Source: Octopus sinensis (Eukaryota). From it: a stretch of 64,000 bases of DNA. Every line of letters starts with the position of its first letter. Position 1 is the stretch's first letter. Shown here one piece after another: positions 26,202 to 42,554 of this stretch. The stretch lies in assembly GCF_006345805.1 (NCBI RefSeq), contig NC_043000.1:94674001-94738000 (forward strand), given 5' to 3'. The notes beneath the pieces were generated by a model. That model was not told the origin of the DNA, searched no databases, and worked only from the letters and a program-made list of their open reading frames with translations. The position numbers were made by a program, and so were the translations under genes.

Positions 26202-26588
26202 TGTCACGTCAGGCTGGAGATGGGAACGATGACTTCCCTTTGCAAATACTGACAGGGCACAGATAGTGTGTTAATAGCCAGCTGGAGGAGATGTCTCCCT
26301 GAGGCTTAATCCTTGATGAAAGGAAAAGAAAGTTGCTGGGTCTTATAGGCTACCGGGTTCGATCTTTTTGAACTTTTATTCGCTTTCTTTCTTTGTTTTC
26401 GCTTTTTTTTAAAGTTCTAGTTAAAGGTAAAAATTAATCGCTACATAAAATATATTTCAAGTAAATTTTTAACTTAACGGTCATTCGAACTCATTTAACA
26501 TTTTTGTATTTGTTTGTCTCGTAATGTCCTTGTCTATGTACGATCAGTTTGATCATAATAAAGATTTTATCGCCAACCGGTGGTTGTC

Positions 26589-26631
26589 ACACGCTGATGA
26601 GGGGTCAATACCCAGAAAATCGGGTCCGTGT
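26589..26631 (+). ncRNA. Type I hammerhead ribozyme, copy 2
   Basis: ACACG CTGATGA G GGGT-CAAT-ACCC A GAAA A-TCGG-G TC CGTGT; predicted cleavage after 26626; A.G mismatch in stem III. Confidence 0.75.
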
Positions 26632-26795
26632 ATATCACGTCAGGCTTGCGATCGGAAGGATGACTTTCCTTTGCAAATACTGATAGGGCACAGATAGTGT
26701 GTCAATAGCCAACTGGAAGAGATGTCTTCCTGGAGCTACAAGCTACAGAAGCATCGACCCTTAAGGATTAGCCACATTTAGGTGGCAAATATACT

Positions 26796-26861
<66 letters not shown>

Positions 26862-26959
26862 GCATATACATAAAAATATACGTATATATATGCATATATG
26901 TGTGTATATATATGTATATACATACATACGCATATTTATGCACATAGATTCATATATAT

Positions 26960-27120
26960 GTATATTCTTTTATTATTTTGCTTGTTTCAGTCATTTGACT
27001 ACGGCCATGCTTTAAGCCTAGTAATTATTCTATCGATTTCTTTCTCCCAACCGTTATGTTTCGGTGACGTAAACAGACCAACATCGGTAGTCAAGCGATA
27101 GCCGAGGGACAAACACACAC
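26960..27120 (-). mobile_element. SINE family A, 3' part
   Basis: CTTGTTTCAGTCATTTGACTACGGCCATGC...GACAAACACACAC. Confidence 0.85.
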
Positions 27121-27145
27121 ACACAAATGTACTTTTATAGATTGA

Positions 27146-27468
27146 CTAGCTATTCTGATCCGTGCTTCGCTCGGGTTTTGGTGGAAGTGTTGCTTTGTGC
27201 GTGTGGTCTCCTTTCCCTTTCTTCTTTTCTTCGTCTTCTTTGCCTTTCCCATATTCCTCACCATGGCAACCAAACGGTAGGCCCGAGCGACTTGCAACCC
27301 TCCTCACACCATTGCCACCCCATTTTACCCCTCAGTGCAAATTTTGGCACCAATTCGACCCCATCTACCGCCCTTTAAACCGTTCCCATCCCGAAATGAG
27401 ACAAATAACCAAGAAACCAAACAACTTTTTCGCATTTCAGCTTTATAATTCGTTCATAATTATATAAA
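27146..27468 (-). mobile_element. Non-autonomous Helitron
   Basis: Minus-strand 3' end CCCGAGCGAAGCACGG hairpin + ..GCTAG|T; 5' end A|TTTATATAATTA (TC start decayed). Confidence 0.75.
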
Positions 27469-27593
27469 TGGAGGAGATGCTAAAAATAAATGAGGTTGTG
27501 GTGGCGAACGCGTAAATAAAGATTGCATAGAAAACAGACAAGAACACGTCTTCCTTGTTCCAGCTACAACTGTGAGAAAAAAAAGTACACAAG

Positions 27594-28069
<476 letters not shown>

Positions 28070-28765
28070 AATGCAACTAAACCATACTAAAACAGCCACA
28101 CTCTCTTCCTTCTGGGGAACCGTTCACAGCATCTAATAATATCAGAGACCTAGAAGTAATTATAGACAACAATCTCAGAGCCCACATCAACAATATGGCA
28201 CTTTGGATGAGCTCCTGTATCTTAAGAATCTTGCGGTCCAGAGAACAATGTGTCATCATTCCACATTTCTCCTCCTTTGTACGGCCACATCTCGAATACC
28301 GCTAACCCCGTGTGGTCTCCCCATACAAAGCAAAACATCTCGAAAATTGAATCACCCCAGAGGGCATTCACTAAAACATATTAAGGGCATGACTGATCAC
28401 GATTACTGGGTCCGCCTTAAAGCCTTGAAACTCTACTCTCTCTAGCGCCACCGCGAGCGGTACATCATACACACAATGAGGAGAATAAACTACCGACATT
28501 GCCCAAACGACCTGAACATTAGCTTCAAGGTTCATCCAAGGTTCGTCGGCTACCCATTTCACGATCACAACACATAGGTACACTGCGACACAATTTCTTT
28601 TCCTCAACAGGCCGTGCTCTGTTTAACATTGTCCCAAAACTGATCAAAGAGGAAAAGGAACACATCACCTTTAAATGGAGTCTGGAAATTTTCTTCAAGG
28701 AATATCAGATAAACCGCCCACGCCTGGATAAAACTCTCTATTTCAATGGCCCATAATAAAAAAAC
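28070..28765 (+). mobile_element. CR1-clade LINE 3' end, 5'-truncated
   Basis: Broken frames NNIRDL.VIIDNNL, FVRPHLEY..P.WSPH, KIES.QRAFTK, DYWVRLKALKLYSL.R.RERY. Confidence 0.88.
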
Positions 28766-28877
28766 ATGACTTTAAAAGTATTTACATAATCCTATTAGGT
28801 TGTGCTATTAAGTTAAACATGACCTTGACCAATCTTTGGTTGAAACATATCTAAGTTTATCTAAGTTTATATATATG

Positions 28878-28908
<31 letters not shown>

Positions 28909-28933
28909 CTATATATATATATATGTATATATA

Positions 28934-28976
<43 letters not shown>

Positions 28977-28999
28977 CATATATATTATATTTATATTTA

Positions 29000-29041
<42 letters not shown>

Positions 29042-29460
29042 CATATATATTATATTATATTTATATTATATATATATATATATATATATTATGTTGAAAG
29101 TCAACAAAGTTTGATTTAGAAGCATTTGAGATGTATTGAAACATGCAGATAATGAAATAAGTTTATCCTCAAACGCAAGACTATGCTAATAATATAGCAT
29201 AAACAGGAGAAACATCCTTATTTTTTAGAAGAATCTGTCGGCGGCCAGCCCTGAGACTCGAACACACATCCTTGTGATTACGCATCAAGTGCTTTAAAAG
29301 CACTTTCAGCTTGAAACAGGATCTTGTACACGGTTATCATTCTTTTGCGAGAATACAACACATGTTTTGTTTTTCGGATGTTTTAAGATGGTGTTATAGC
29401 GGCTTTGGCGTCTATCTCTCTGGCGCGTGGAGAGGCGTACAGCCAATCCCTTGTTATAAT

Positions 29461-29622
<162 letters not shown>

Positions 29623-29657
29623 GTTATAATTATATATATATAATCCCTTGTTATATT

Positions 29658-29701
<44 letters not shown>

Positions 29702-29727
29702 AAGTATATATATATAGATATATATAT

Positions 29728-29779
<52 letters not shown>

Positions 29780-30400
29780 ATATATATATACCTAATTTGG
29801 TTTTAAGAGCTTTTCCAATTTAGAAAGCAATTTATAACCCCATATAAATTCGAACATATTTAGAACTTTGTAAGCAAAAGCAGACAAAATGATTGATAGT
29901 AGAAATTGTCTAAATCTTTCATACCGAATAACTGCAGAGGAAAGAGAAAAGCAGGAATCATTGCAAGTCAAGTAAACAACCCGCATCAATTATAATCGCT
30001 GGCTTAGACATTCTTATCGAACGCTGGTCTTTGTCAGCATACGTTCCGGAGTGAAGCAGTTGAACAAAGCCTATTGCTATCTTTTCGACTTCACGTTCAT
30101 CTTTACTGATTCGGACGACAGTTTGATAAATTATAAAGCTATATATCAAAGGCAAACAGAAGTACTGGATTATGTTAAAATGTTTTGATTAGCATTAGAC
30201 GTGGCTATGTGGTAAGAAGTTTCATTCGAAACCACATGGTTTCTTGGGTAAATGATTTCCACTATTGCTCCGGGCAAATAAAATCATTTTGAGTTTGAGT
30301 GGACCTGGTAAACGTCATATATATATATATATATATATATATATCTATATGTATGTATATATGTATATATTATATATAATTTATATATGTATGTATATAT

Positions 30401-31133
<733 letters not shown>

Positions 31134-31134
31134 G

Positions 31135-31169
<35 letters not shown>

Positions 31170-31359
31170 AAATTAGAAAATGGAAGAAGGAAACATACTT
31201 AAATCAATCAACATCAACCAACAGATGATACCCAATCAATACTTTATTACACCATTACAAAACAGTAAAGGCATTATATAATATATTGTAAAATAATTAG
31301 CAAGGAAACTAGAAATATAAAATATAAAATATAAAATATATATATGTAAATAATATCAT

Positions 31360-31410
31360 ATCTGACAGCTGTTTCGGCCATAGTAATGGCAATCATGCCT
31401 CATTTAACCT
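31360..31410 (-). ncRNA. Degenerate HHR remnant
   Basis: Minus strand TAAATGA GGCATG...TATGGCC GAAA C-AGCT-G TC AGAT; the 5' core is decayed. Confidence 0.45.
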
Positions 31411-31419
31411 ATAAGCCAT

Positions 31420-31462
<43 letters not shown>

Positions 31463-31542
31463 ATATATATATATCTACATATATATTTCATATATATATA
31501 TATATATTATATATATATACATATATATGTGTGTGTCTGTGT

Positions 31543-31860
31543 GAAGACGCAATGGACCAGTGGTTAGGCAGCGGACTCGCGGTCGTAGGATCGCGGTTTC
31601 AATTCCCAGACCGGGCGTTGTAAGTGTTTATTGTAAGTGTTTATTGAGCGAAAACAACTTAAAGGTCCACGACGCTCCTGCAGGGGGTGGGGATCCCTGC
31701 TGTACTCTTTCATCACCCTTTCTCCCACTCTTTCTTCTTCTGTTGGCCTGCTCGTTTAGCCAGCGGGGTGGCGTCATTCAAAGGCTAAAACAATGCGAAC
31801 GCATTGTGACCTGCGATGTGTAAAACATCTGATGGTGGTCGGTCACGTGATCACGGATAT
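31543..31860 (+). mobile_element. tRNA-derived SINE family C, full length
   Basis: A-box TGGACCAGTGG, B-box GGTTTCAATTCC; a 13-bp internal duplication TGTAAGTGTTTAT. Confidence 0.9.
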
Positions 31861-31886
31861 ATTATATTATATATAATATATATAGA

Positions 31887-31921
<35 letters not shown>

Positions 31922-31929
31922 ATATATTC

Positions 31930-32150
31930 AATATGTGACCGCGTGTGTATCTTTGGCGATTTTTTTCCTCCGTCTTCCCTTCCTTGGATCTTTCCTTATT
32001 CTATGTTTCTGTCGAAGAGCTCTGCTCGAAACGTTGAATCCTCCTCCTTTTTTCCTTTCCTGAGCGTCCAATAACACTATATGTCTTCCACGTCCTCGCG
32101 TTGTTATGTTTTCTATTTGTGTTTTCATGTTTGGATTAACTTTATATATA
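31930..32150 (+). mobile_element. Repeat family D with an HHR-like CTGTCGA..GAAA motif at 32009-32038
   Basis: Homologous to 22560-22760; CTGTCGA A GAGC-TCT-GCTC GAAA CGTT. Confidence 0.6.
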
Positions 32151-32937
32151 TATATTTGAGAAAAAATAAGTTCAAATAGAACAATTCAAACTTTTTGAGG
32201 AATCCAAAAAGAGAGAAAATAATTTCCAATAAAAATTCATCCTATTCATTAAAATCAGCCAGAGCAAGTGGTAAGAATATGAAAATAACAACGAAAAAAT
32301 TTCATTATATATATAAATATACCATAAACATGTAGAAAAATGTAGAAAAGATGTTAAAATATGTGTGTGTGTGTGTGTGTTTGTGTGTGCAGACGTGGCA
32401 AGTGCGCACATTTACAGATGCGCACACTCACATCAATATCGACATGCACGTAAATTATAGGAGTGCGTCTGCTCACCCAGATATAGAACTACATACATGC
32501 ACATGCCACCCTTTCCCAGTCCCCAACCAACCACCTGACTGATTCCTAATCGTCATGTGCTCTATTTCCTGTCCTCCACGTGGTCAACTTCCTGTTGGCT
32601 ATGCGGTGTTTTCCAACTCAGTGTTACCCATATACCAACATTAAACCACGACACGGCGTGACCTTCCTCGTCCACTCGCAGCCCACTTTACTTTAAACAA
32701 TCAACTACTGTCATTCAGATTCAAAATACGTGACGACTAGCATCACGCTTGAAACACAAGAACACCAACGAATTTGAATCAAATTGTGTGCATGTGTGAG
32801 TGTGTGTGTATGTGTATGTGTGTGTGTGTTTATATTATATATATGTATATATATATACGTATATCTACACGTATGTATATATATATATATATATACGTAT
32901 ATCTACACGTATATATATATATACGTATATCTACACG

Positions 32938-32978
<41 letters not shown>

Positions 32979-33032
32979 TATATACGCATGTATATATGTA
33001 TTATGTATGTATGTATATGTGTATATGCGTAA

Positions 33033-33700
33033 TCTATATAAATGAAACAAAGGATGTGTGTCTGTCTGTGTGTTTGTCATGTCGTTAAAACTCGAGATCC
33101 ACCCAACTGATTTCAATGAAATTTTACACATGCATTACATAGGGTTCATAGAGTTTCATGGGCCGTAAACCACTTTAAAACTTCAGGCCTAATGCGGGCC
33201 CAGGAGCAGATAAACCAAATTTCCGCAGCATTAAGATCCATAACTTGAAGTGTATCCAGTCACTTTCCTCCAAATTTCCAACAAACATTAATCAAGCTCC
33301 TCGACTTGCTGTTGACTAAAACCAATCTCCGACGCTAACTATACCCACTCTCCGCCCCCACCAAAACGCAGATTAATCAGATCTGAATATACTGCACTGG
33401 GTTTTATCTTTGTTTCAGGCCAGTTTCCGACGATAAAATATTGACGCTACTTATGCGTTAGAAGTAGTGTATAATTTTTCACGACAACCTTTTTGTCCAG
33501 TTTGGCAGAGGAAATGAAAAGAACATTAAAATATTTGTTGGCGTCATATTACTATCCCGACCACCACCGGGTCATGTGCGTGTGTATGCGGCTGGGTAAA
33601 GGCACAACAAACCCATTCCTTCATTCTCCAGAAGTGCCTTTCGATGTTTCACATTTCCAATTCTGCACAACGCAGCATGGCCCAGCAGCGTATCTGCTGT
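33033..33700 (+). mobile_element. Non-autonomous Helitron, 3' end degenerate
   Basis: A|TCTATATAAATGAAAC..TGTGTGTCTGTC start like 55594; possible end CCCAGCAGCGTATCTGCTGT. Confidence 0.55.
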
Positions 33701-33879
33701 CTATGTCATCCATATCTGAAATATATAATGCAAGATGTTCATACAAAAAAAATCAAACTACTGTTGTGACCTACAGCCATTTGAGTTTGACCGCGTGACC
33801 ACTTCCGGAAGCTACGCTCGCCACCTGCAATTAGTCCTCCCACCGTGTCCTCTCCCCCTTTTATTTGGACGAGTAAATA

Positions 33880-34354
33880 CAGAGTTTCCCAGAATTAATG
33901 ATGATTTGAGTGAAATCAGATGCATTTTTTAAAACACACTTTTATATATGTTTATCATGTTTAATATGTGTTAAAAGTGTATAAATTTTGTTTATTATTT
34001 TATTTTCATTCCTGTTGGACCCCTCTTTTTTGTCCATGAGAGCTTGTTTTCAATTTGGCAGCAATAATATTCTTTACCTCCATCCCCAAGATGGAGCAAT
34101 CGTTTAGATGAGCTTAAAGAACGCATTCAGTTAGCAGTGCAGGAGCTAACACCTGAAATGCTTCAAAATGTGTTTCACAACACTTAGAAGAGGTTTGAAG
34201 TCTGCAGGGATACAGACATGTTGAAAATTTTCAATAAAAGGTTGACGTAAGATTTATAATCTATTTGTTCTGGTAATAAACATGAAATTCTGGCAGTTTT
34301 TTTTTTAAATTTCATGATTTTCATTGAAACATATCTTTAATTCTGGAACATTAT
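33880..34354 (+). mobile_element. Tc1/mariner deletion derivative
   Basis: TIR-like CAGAGTTTCCCAGAATTAA / TTAATTCTGGAACATTATG; internal LDELKERI..A..ELT.EML.NV transposase C-terminal remnant. Confidence 0.6.
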
Positions 34355-34764
34355 GTGTGGTTTAACGTTGTTAGTTATTACATTGTTCGAGTAATTATTA
34401 AAATCAAAGGTCTTCTTGCCGTAAACATTCCATCTTTTTGTTAAGCATATTGTACCAAGGAGTATATTATCCAAAATGTATGTCTCCTTTATAGGCTGTA
34501 AGGTCGAGAAGCTTGCTTTCTAACCATGTCACCTTGGGTTCAGTCCCCCAGTGCAGCGCGTTGGGCAATTCGTTTTCTTTAGAGCTCCGTACTGACCAAA
34601 ACATTGTGTATTATATAATTGCCATTACTGTATTGAAATAAAAATAACACATAAAACTCACTTATTATCGACATATAACAAACAAAGTTCGTGTATGAAA
34701 TTGATCTCTTTTCTCCTTTACTTATCCCACACTGCTTTCTTATAAAATACATACATGCATGAGG

Positions 34765-34820
<56 letters not shown>

Positions 34821-34937
34821 ACAAATTGAATGTGACTTCCGAGAAAGAGTAAAAGTAATTACCCGATCAACGACAGGCATTACTGCTAGTTATATATATT
34901 CTTATACATAGATACATTAAACATATACATGTATACT

Positions 34938-35380
34938 CTTTTACTCTTTTACTTGTTTCAATCATGTGACTGCGGCCATGTGGGAGCACCGCCTTTAGTC
35001 GATCAAATCGACCCCAGGACTTATTCTTTGTAAGCCTAGTACTTATTTTATCGGTCTCTTTTTTGCCGAACTGCTAAGTTACAGGGACGTAAACACACCA
35101 GCATCGGTTGTCAAGCGATGTTGGGGGCGACAAACACAGACACACAAATACGCACATACATACATACATACATATATATATATACATATATACGACGGGG
35201 TTCTTTCAGTTTCCGTCTACCAAATCTACTCACAAGGCTTTGGTTGGCCCGAGGCCATAGTAGAATACGCTTGCCCAAGGTACCACGCAGTGGGACTGAA
35301 CCCGGAACCATGTGGTTCGTAAGCAAACTACTTACCACACAGCAACTCCTGCGCCTACCCACACAGCCACTCCTGTGCCT
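34938..35380 (-). mobile_element. SINE family A, full length
   Basis: TACTCTTTT tail repeats, body and tRNA head, all in reverse complement. Confidence 0.92.
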
Positions 35381-35385
35381 ATGTA

Positions 35386-35471
<86 letters not shown>

Positions 35472-35487
35472 TATGCATGTATATATA

Positions 35488-35523
<36 letters not shown>

Positions 35524-36561
35524 TTGCACAAACTATGGGGAAATCACCCAGGTAGTTGTGTTTCAACATGTGTTTACAGTACAATGCTACCATGGTGAGG
35601 TCGCGAATGTATCTCTGTTCTTAGTATTCAAATGATAACGTAAAATATAATTTCCTAATACCTTTTGTTTTCTAATCACGTTTCTTTTTTACCAAAGTTT
35701 TACTTGCATTCAGAATATCAACTACTTTGTGGAATGATGAAATACTATTTAAAAAAACACCTACTGTAATTGAAGTTTAAATAGAATTATTTATGAAGAG
35801 GTATGGCACAAGGGATTGCTTTCAGTAGTAAACATTTTAGAGTAATAATTTTAAAAACATTGCAATTAAAAACATGATCATTTCAGGAGAGACCCAAATA
35901 TATATAAATATTTTTCGGCTAACTTTCAGCAGTAAATTTGAAACCTACTTTGAAGAAGTTTTGCCTTTCTTCATTTCGGGGTCGATAAAATAAGTACCAA
36001 TGTATATATTTATGAATTAATTGAATGACAAGTGGATGTCAACTTCATTTGTTTTTCTGCTGTTCCTGCTATAAGAAGCAGTGTACTGAGTGTATGTACG
36101 TCATTTTAATACATGGAAAGGTCATCTTCGAAACATAAGTTTTATGTACTTTTATCAAAAGAGATCTATAGAATGAGCGCCATATTTAAAGGAAATAATT
36201 ACAGCAGCAAATTATTCGACTAAACCCTTCAAGACGATGCTTCAATATGGCTGCAGATGAATGGCGAAAATGAGTAAAAGTATAAAAGACTACAAGAAAC
36301 TAAAAGAACGTAACAACGCAGTTTATAATGTAAAGAATACAGAAGTAATCCACATGCGCATAAGTATTGATCATATACGTATGTGATTGGAATATTGATT
36401 AAATGAATCTGTTTTCCATATTTATCAATGCAGTTTGATGATTTTAAAAAATCACACGTGATCAATGCACTTGGATGGATTTTTAAAATAACATGAATAC
36501 AGATATATAATATTGATTTATATATGTACATGTATAAATTGAAATACATTCATATATATAT

Positions 36562-36902
36562 AGCTCTTTTACTTTGATTCAGTCATTTGACTGTGGCCAT
36601 GATGGAGCACCACCTTTTGCAGAACCGCTAAGTTACGGGGATTTAAACACACCAGCATCGGTTGTCAAGCGATGTTGGGGGACAGACACAGACACGCAAA
36701 CATATACACACACATACATATATATATATATAGATATAAACGACGGGCTTCTTTCAGTTTCCGTCTACCAAATCCACTAACAAGGCTTTGGTCAGCCCGA
36801 TGCTAAAGTAGAAGACACTTACCCAAGGTGCTACGCAGTGGGACTGAACCGGAACCATGTGGTTGGTAAGTAAGCTACTTACCACACAGCCACTCCTACG
36901 GC
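36562..36902 (-). mobile_element. SINE family A
   Basis: Same modules as 34938-35380, with an internal deletion. Confidence 0.9.
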
Positions 36903-36965
36903 TATATATATATATATATATACACGCACACATCTACATATGTATATATGTATATATATATACAT

Positions 36966-36997
<32 letters not shown>

Positions 36998-38247
36998 CAT
37001 ATATATATGTATATATATGTATATATATATATATATGTACACTGACTGACAGACGGCCTAGCGTAGATATAGAGATTACTTATTAGGCTATGTATGTATG
37101 TATGTATGTATGTATGTATGTATGTATGTATGTATGTATGTATGTATGTATGTGTGTATGTATGCATGTATGTATGTATGTGCGTGTGTGTGTGTGTGTA
37201 TGTGTACGTGTGCAGGCATAACTCTCAAGCACGCATGCATACATTCAGATACATGAGCATATATGCATACGTACATTCACAGAAATGACTCGTTGCTAAC
37301 TCATTACAATGAGTTGGAACAACATAAACTTGACAAGCAAAACTTACGAGGCAATGGTTGATCTGTAAGTTGACGAACAAAGAACAAGATATTTTTTGAT
37401 AGGAACAAGCATTCCACAAATTCTAACGATTATGGAAGGCATTATAGATAATGCGTCCAGAAAACTTCAGAAATAAATAAAAAATGTATATTGGAAAAGT
37501 AGTTTGAAGAAAGAACATTTGAAATGTTTAAATAATTACTAACTATATAACATGTAACCAGAACTTACGACTACATTAAAAGACTACCCTACAAGACGAC
37601 ACTATAAATGCAAAATTATGGATAGACTTTTCGTTAAGGAATCTAAATCGGCTTATCATAGCTTCAACGTAAACATCACAAATGCTGTAAAATACTTTCT
37701 CATCGGGAAAACAAGTTGAATGCCGCTGCTATTCTATATAGAGAACAAATTCTCTATGTTTAACAAACAAACTGGATAAATGGAAAACCTAAAACAGAAT
37801 TACAGAAAACATATTAAACAAGTAGAAAGCGTAGGAAATGACAGATTTCTGGAAAATGTATTGAACAAGAAACCAAGAAACAAGAAGATCTTATGACAGT
37901 TATTTTCACTAAAATCTTACTTTTTTACGGCAGATATTTGATGGCAATATAAAAGTATTGTGGAGAGAATAATTGGTCAGTCGAAATGGATGTTAATTGC
38001 TATTATTGTTCTCAATCAAAAAGATGGCCCAAATACATAAGATAAAAAGTACCATTAGCTAAAATGTTTCATGGCCTTCTACAATATACAGATTGTCAAA
38101 AATCCGCTATTGCGGAATTATTTCTACCAACATAAATTTAACAAATAATACAGCAATGAATTACAATTTGAAGACTGTAAAGCCACTGGATGCGGCACTA
38201 GTGCAGAAAATACGGACTATAAGAGAATTCCCTAAGTTTATGCTTAT

Positions 38248-38780
<533 letters not shown>

Positions 38781-40257
38781 GGAAAATGAAAGAATGAACA
38801 TGGAGTTTAGAACGATCTTTCAGAAGAGAATGAAATATGGGTGGTCCGAGTGAAAGAGGGAAGCAAGTCGGGTGACTAAGGGTGGAACAGGCATGAGATC
38901 AACTAGCTCTCCTCAGCATTTTGCATTTATGATGTGCCAATTGTATTTTTGTATTTAAAAGAGTAAAATAATATGATCGTATACAATGACTATTCAGCGA
39001 CAATCGTGATCTTTATGTTTGATTCTCTGTACATGTCGTTGCGATAACATAAGGATATGTATTGTCTTGTGTCGTTGAAATGTATACAGATAGTATTTTT
39101 TACTCAAGATATCAGTCGGGGTTATAAATCAGTAGCATTGTAATATATGAACCTGAGTGTAATATTTACTTAACAACAGCTAGGGAGCAAAATGTTCAAT
39201 ACCTCTCTTTCCGAAATTTACAATTATGACAGTGCCAAAACTGTTAGTATAATTAATGTACTTTAAAATGGTATGAAATAAAATTAACCACGTAATTATA
39301 ATATATTCTATACATATAACTGGTTGGATTCGACTCCTGACCAACACAAAACCACCAAAGTAAAAGCAATTTATTAAGGAATATAAGCTGCGTTTAAACG
39401 TTCGGTTCTTATTCATTGTGAATAGCATCAATGTTATATGAACGCTATTTAAAAAAAAAAAGCAAGCATTACAAATTGAAAATCTTTTTAACCATATTTA
39501 AAAAGCAAACAACGAATTACTATTATAAATAGTATTAGTCTTCAACCTTAATAATTAATCACTTATTTCGTTGGTGATATTGGCGTTGTCTATCAGTTCA
39601 AAACTGATCAATCCGATCATGGCAATTTTATATTCACTTTTCTGCATCTAACACTATATATTTTCTACTGTGTTTTTAATCTTTCAAGATATTAGATGGT
39701 AATTTGAAGAAAAGTAATTATTTTCTATTAGGTCGAGTGTTTCAAAAATACATAATTATCATATCGATTCTCTCTTCCCATTCTCTTCTCACTCACATTC
39801 TCTTTAGGTTAAACCACTTCCTGTCAAAGCACTAATTCACATGGTTTATATATGACGTACGATTATGACCTTCTCTAAATTGAAAATATTACATGAACAC
39901 TGGGAAAATTAATCAATAATGACACTTATAAATGTGCATATTATTTTTGCTACACAGCAATGTGAATTATTAGATACAATACCATTGAAACGTTAAGATC
40001 ATTTCCGATATTGTCGCCGTCATGCCATCCACACTTTTAAATATTTCATAGAAACGTATTGTATATATTCTTTATAAAAGTTTTTTTCCCATACTCTTTT
40101 TTTCATATTCCTATTATTGCAATGACCTTAAACATAATTTTTAAAGTTTTATATATGCATTTATGTCTACGTATGTATGTGGTAATATATGTTTGTTAGT
40201 AGATGTGTGTATGTTTGAGATTATGCTTATACGTGTGTGTACATCTGAGCTTGTAAT

Positions 40258-40308
<51 letters not shown>

Positions 40309-40546
40309 AATATATATATATATATATAAATATATAAATGTGTGTGTATATGTATACAAATTACATATATGCGTTTATAAACATATATGTGTGCGAATAT
40401 TTTCTTCTATAACAGGCTATATTTACTCCTCTCTCACCTTTCTTTATCATTTTCCTATTCTCCTTCCGCCATGCTCCTAAAGAGGTCTGGTATTTCACTT
40501 TTCTGATCTAAGTTATTTCACCTCCTTACATTATAACATTTTCATG

Positions 40547-40602
<56 letters not shown>

Positions 40603-40805
40603 TCTTTCTTTCTTCTGGAAACATTACCAATTTCTCCGGGCTCTTTAACAACTTTATGGATTCTATAACAATTTCTTCAAATTCCTTCTTATCACGGAAT
40701 TCACAGATCTTTCTCTCATCTTAGAAGTTCTGTTTAAACGTTACTTCTTTGTTCCACAGCCGCATTCGTGAAAAAGTTTTCCCCGCCCCTCATTTTTTGT
40801 AGTAC

Positions 40806-40856
<51 letters not shown>

Positions 40857-41332
40857 TGTATAGCACTTTCTACATTACTATTGCTATATCATATGCTTCA
40901 TCAATACCGTTAATTCCCTACACTCAGACACGCTTTCACCACTTTATATAACGCTTTCACACACTCCAATTCAAAACAACACACACAAACACCAATAACA
41001 CCACAACCACTTTAGCCACCACTACTACTGTCCTTTATGCGCGATTCTAGACGTAGATATCGTCAAATGCATGAATCTATCCACCCATTACTTCCTCATG
41101 TCTTAGCTCTCTTCAAAGAACACCACTCTCATTTGGTTTCTAACCCTTCACTTCCCCACTTTTTTGTACATTGACTATATTGCTTTCTCTCTCTTTCATT
41201 CTTATTTTCTGAGAAAGGATTAACTTCCAAAACAGCACTCCCTCCTTTGTAACATGAAACTAATATCACCTTTTATATGTTTCTTCATTGATATTTATTT
41301 TCTATATGTATGCGCCAGCATATATACGTACA

Positions 41333-41375
<43 letters not shown>

Positions 41376-42554
41376 ATAGTTCTCAAGCGACAAACTTAAT
41401 CCTTAATCTCTCCCAATGGCCCTTAGATACCTTTAACGACGTTCACTTGGATGCAAGCATTCAGATCAGATGTCCAGTCTGATAATGAATCTTCCATTTA
41501 CCCTATCAGTCATGGTGACCCCCCCCCTCTCGTTGACTAAGACCTTAACACAAAAATAAAGTCGACCATGTGGTAGTTTATCAAAATTTAAATGCCTCCA
41601 CATTAATGATATGGAGTAGGTATAACTTTCTTAAAGCTTACAAAAAGGAATTAATTTTAAAATAAGGAATGATTCTACAAGTTTTAGAAGAAGGCGGAGA
41701 ATCTGTTTAGTATTTATTTTGCTATTCACTGAATTGTGTTATATTTAATACATTTTTGTAAGTATCTACGTCATTTTTATTGACTTTCATAGTATGAACA
41801 AATTCATATGTATTTTCAGTTTGGAGACGTGTATTTATGAATACTTACAACTAAAAATATCTTCTTCATTGTAATTCTACATAGAACTTAAACGCCAACT
41901 GCTTCAATGCTAACTTCATGCTAATAACACACCGAAAATTTCTTCCAAATTCCCTACACAATGCAGGGGATCACCAGTTTAATTTTAAATTTATAATTAC
42001 TTTCTTTGTCGTATTTGGATGCCTTCCATCATAACACACTTCCGATTTTTGTTTCCATTGCGAGATATATTCAGCAACTTGACGTATTTTTATAAGGTGA
42101 ACAATAATGTATATAACTGTAAATATTTTTCAGCTGCTTTCTTGTAACAGCATCAATGATTTTATTTAGAATTCACTTGTTAACATGTTATATTCTGTTC
42201 ATGATTTATAAATATTGCATTCACATTAAATTTTTGACGTCTTTTTCGTCACTGCTGTCATCACACCACAATTAGAAACTTCTGCACGTCAAATCCATGT
42301 CATAATAGCATAAACAACAACAGCAACGACACTTTCCCCCAGGGAGATAATAAATTAAGGTTTTCTGAATTGGTGGGTAAAAATGTATAGAAAAGACGTG
42401 CGTAGTCGACAGTTTCACTTACTATATATTATTAGTAATTAGTATTCTTAAGTTATGTTACATAAATAAAATTGTGAAATGCATATTAGATATTAATTTT
42501 GTAAGGTTTATGTCGATTTGAATACAGATTTTGTAAAATTTGCTTGAATATATT

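Larger units (their letters stand above)
26140..26793 (+). mobile_element. Non-coding double-hammerhead element (retrozyme-like or tandem PLE pseudo-LTR), 431-nt period
   Basis: Direct repeats 26140-26306 and 26571-26737 (about 89% identical), each with an HHR; no ORF; ends at (TA)n. Confidence 0.8.

Noticed and set aside
29240-29297. tRNA-like 3' half on the minus strand (GTTCGAGTC B box)
   Set aside because: No acceptor-stem partner or D arm; a SINE or pseudo-tRNA fragment, not a tRNA gene.
41205-41245. CTGAGAAAGGATTAACTTCCAAAAC HHR-like relic
   Set aside because: Both core strands are defective and stem I is absent.
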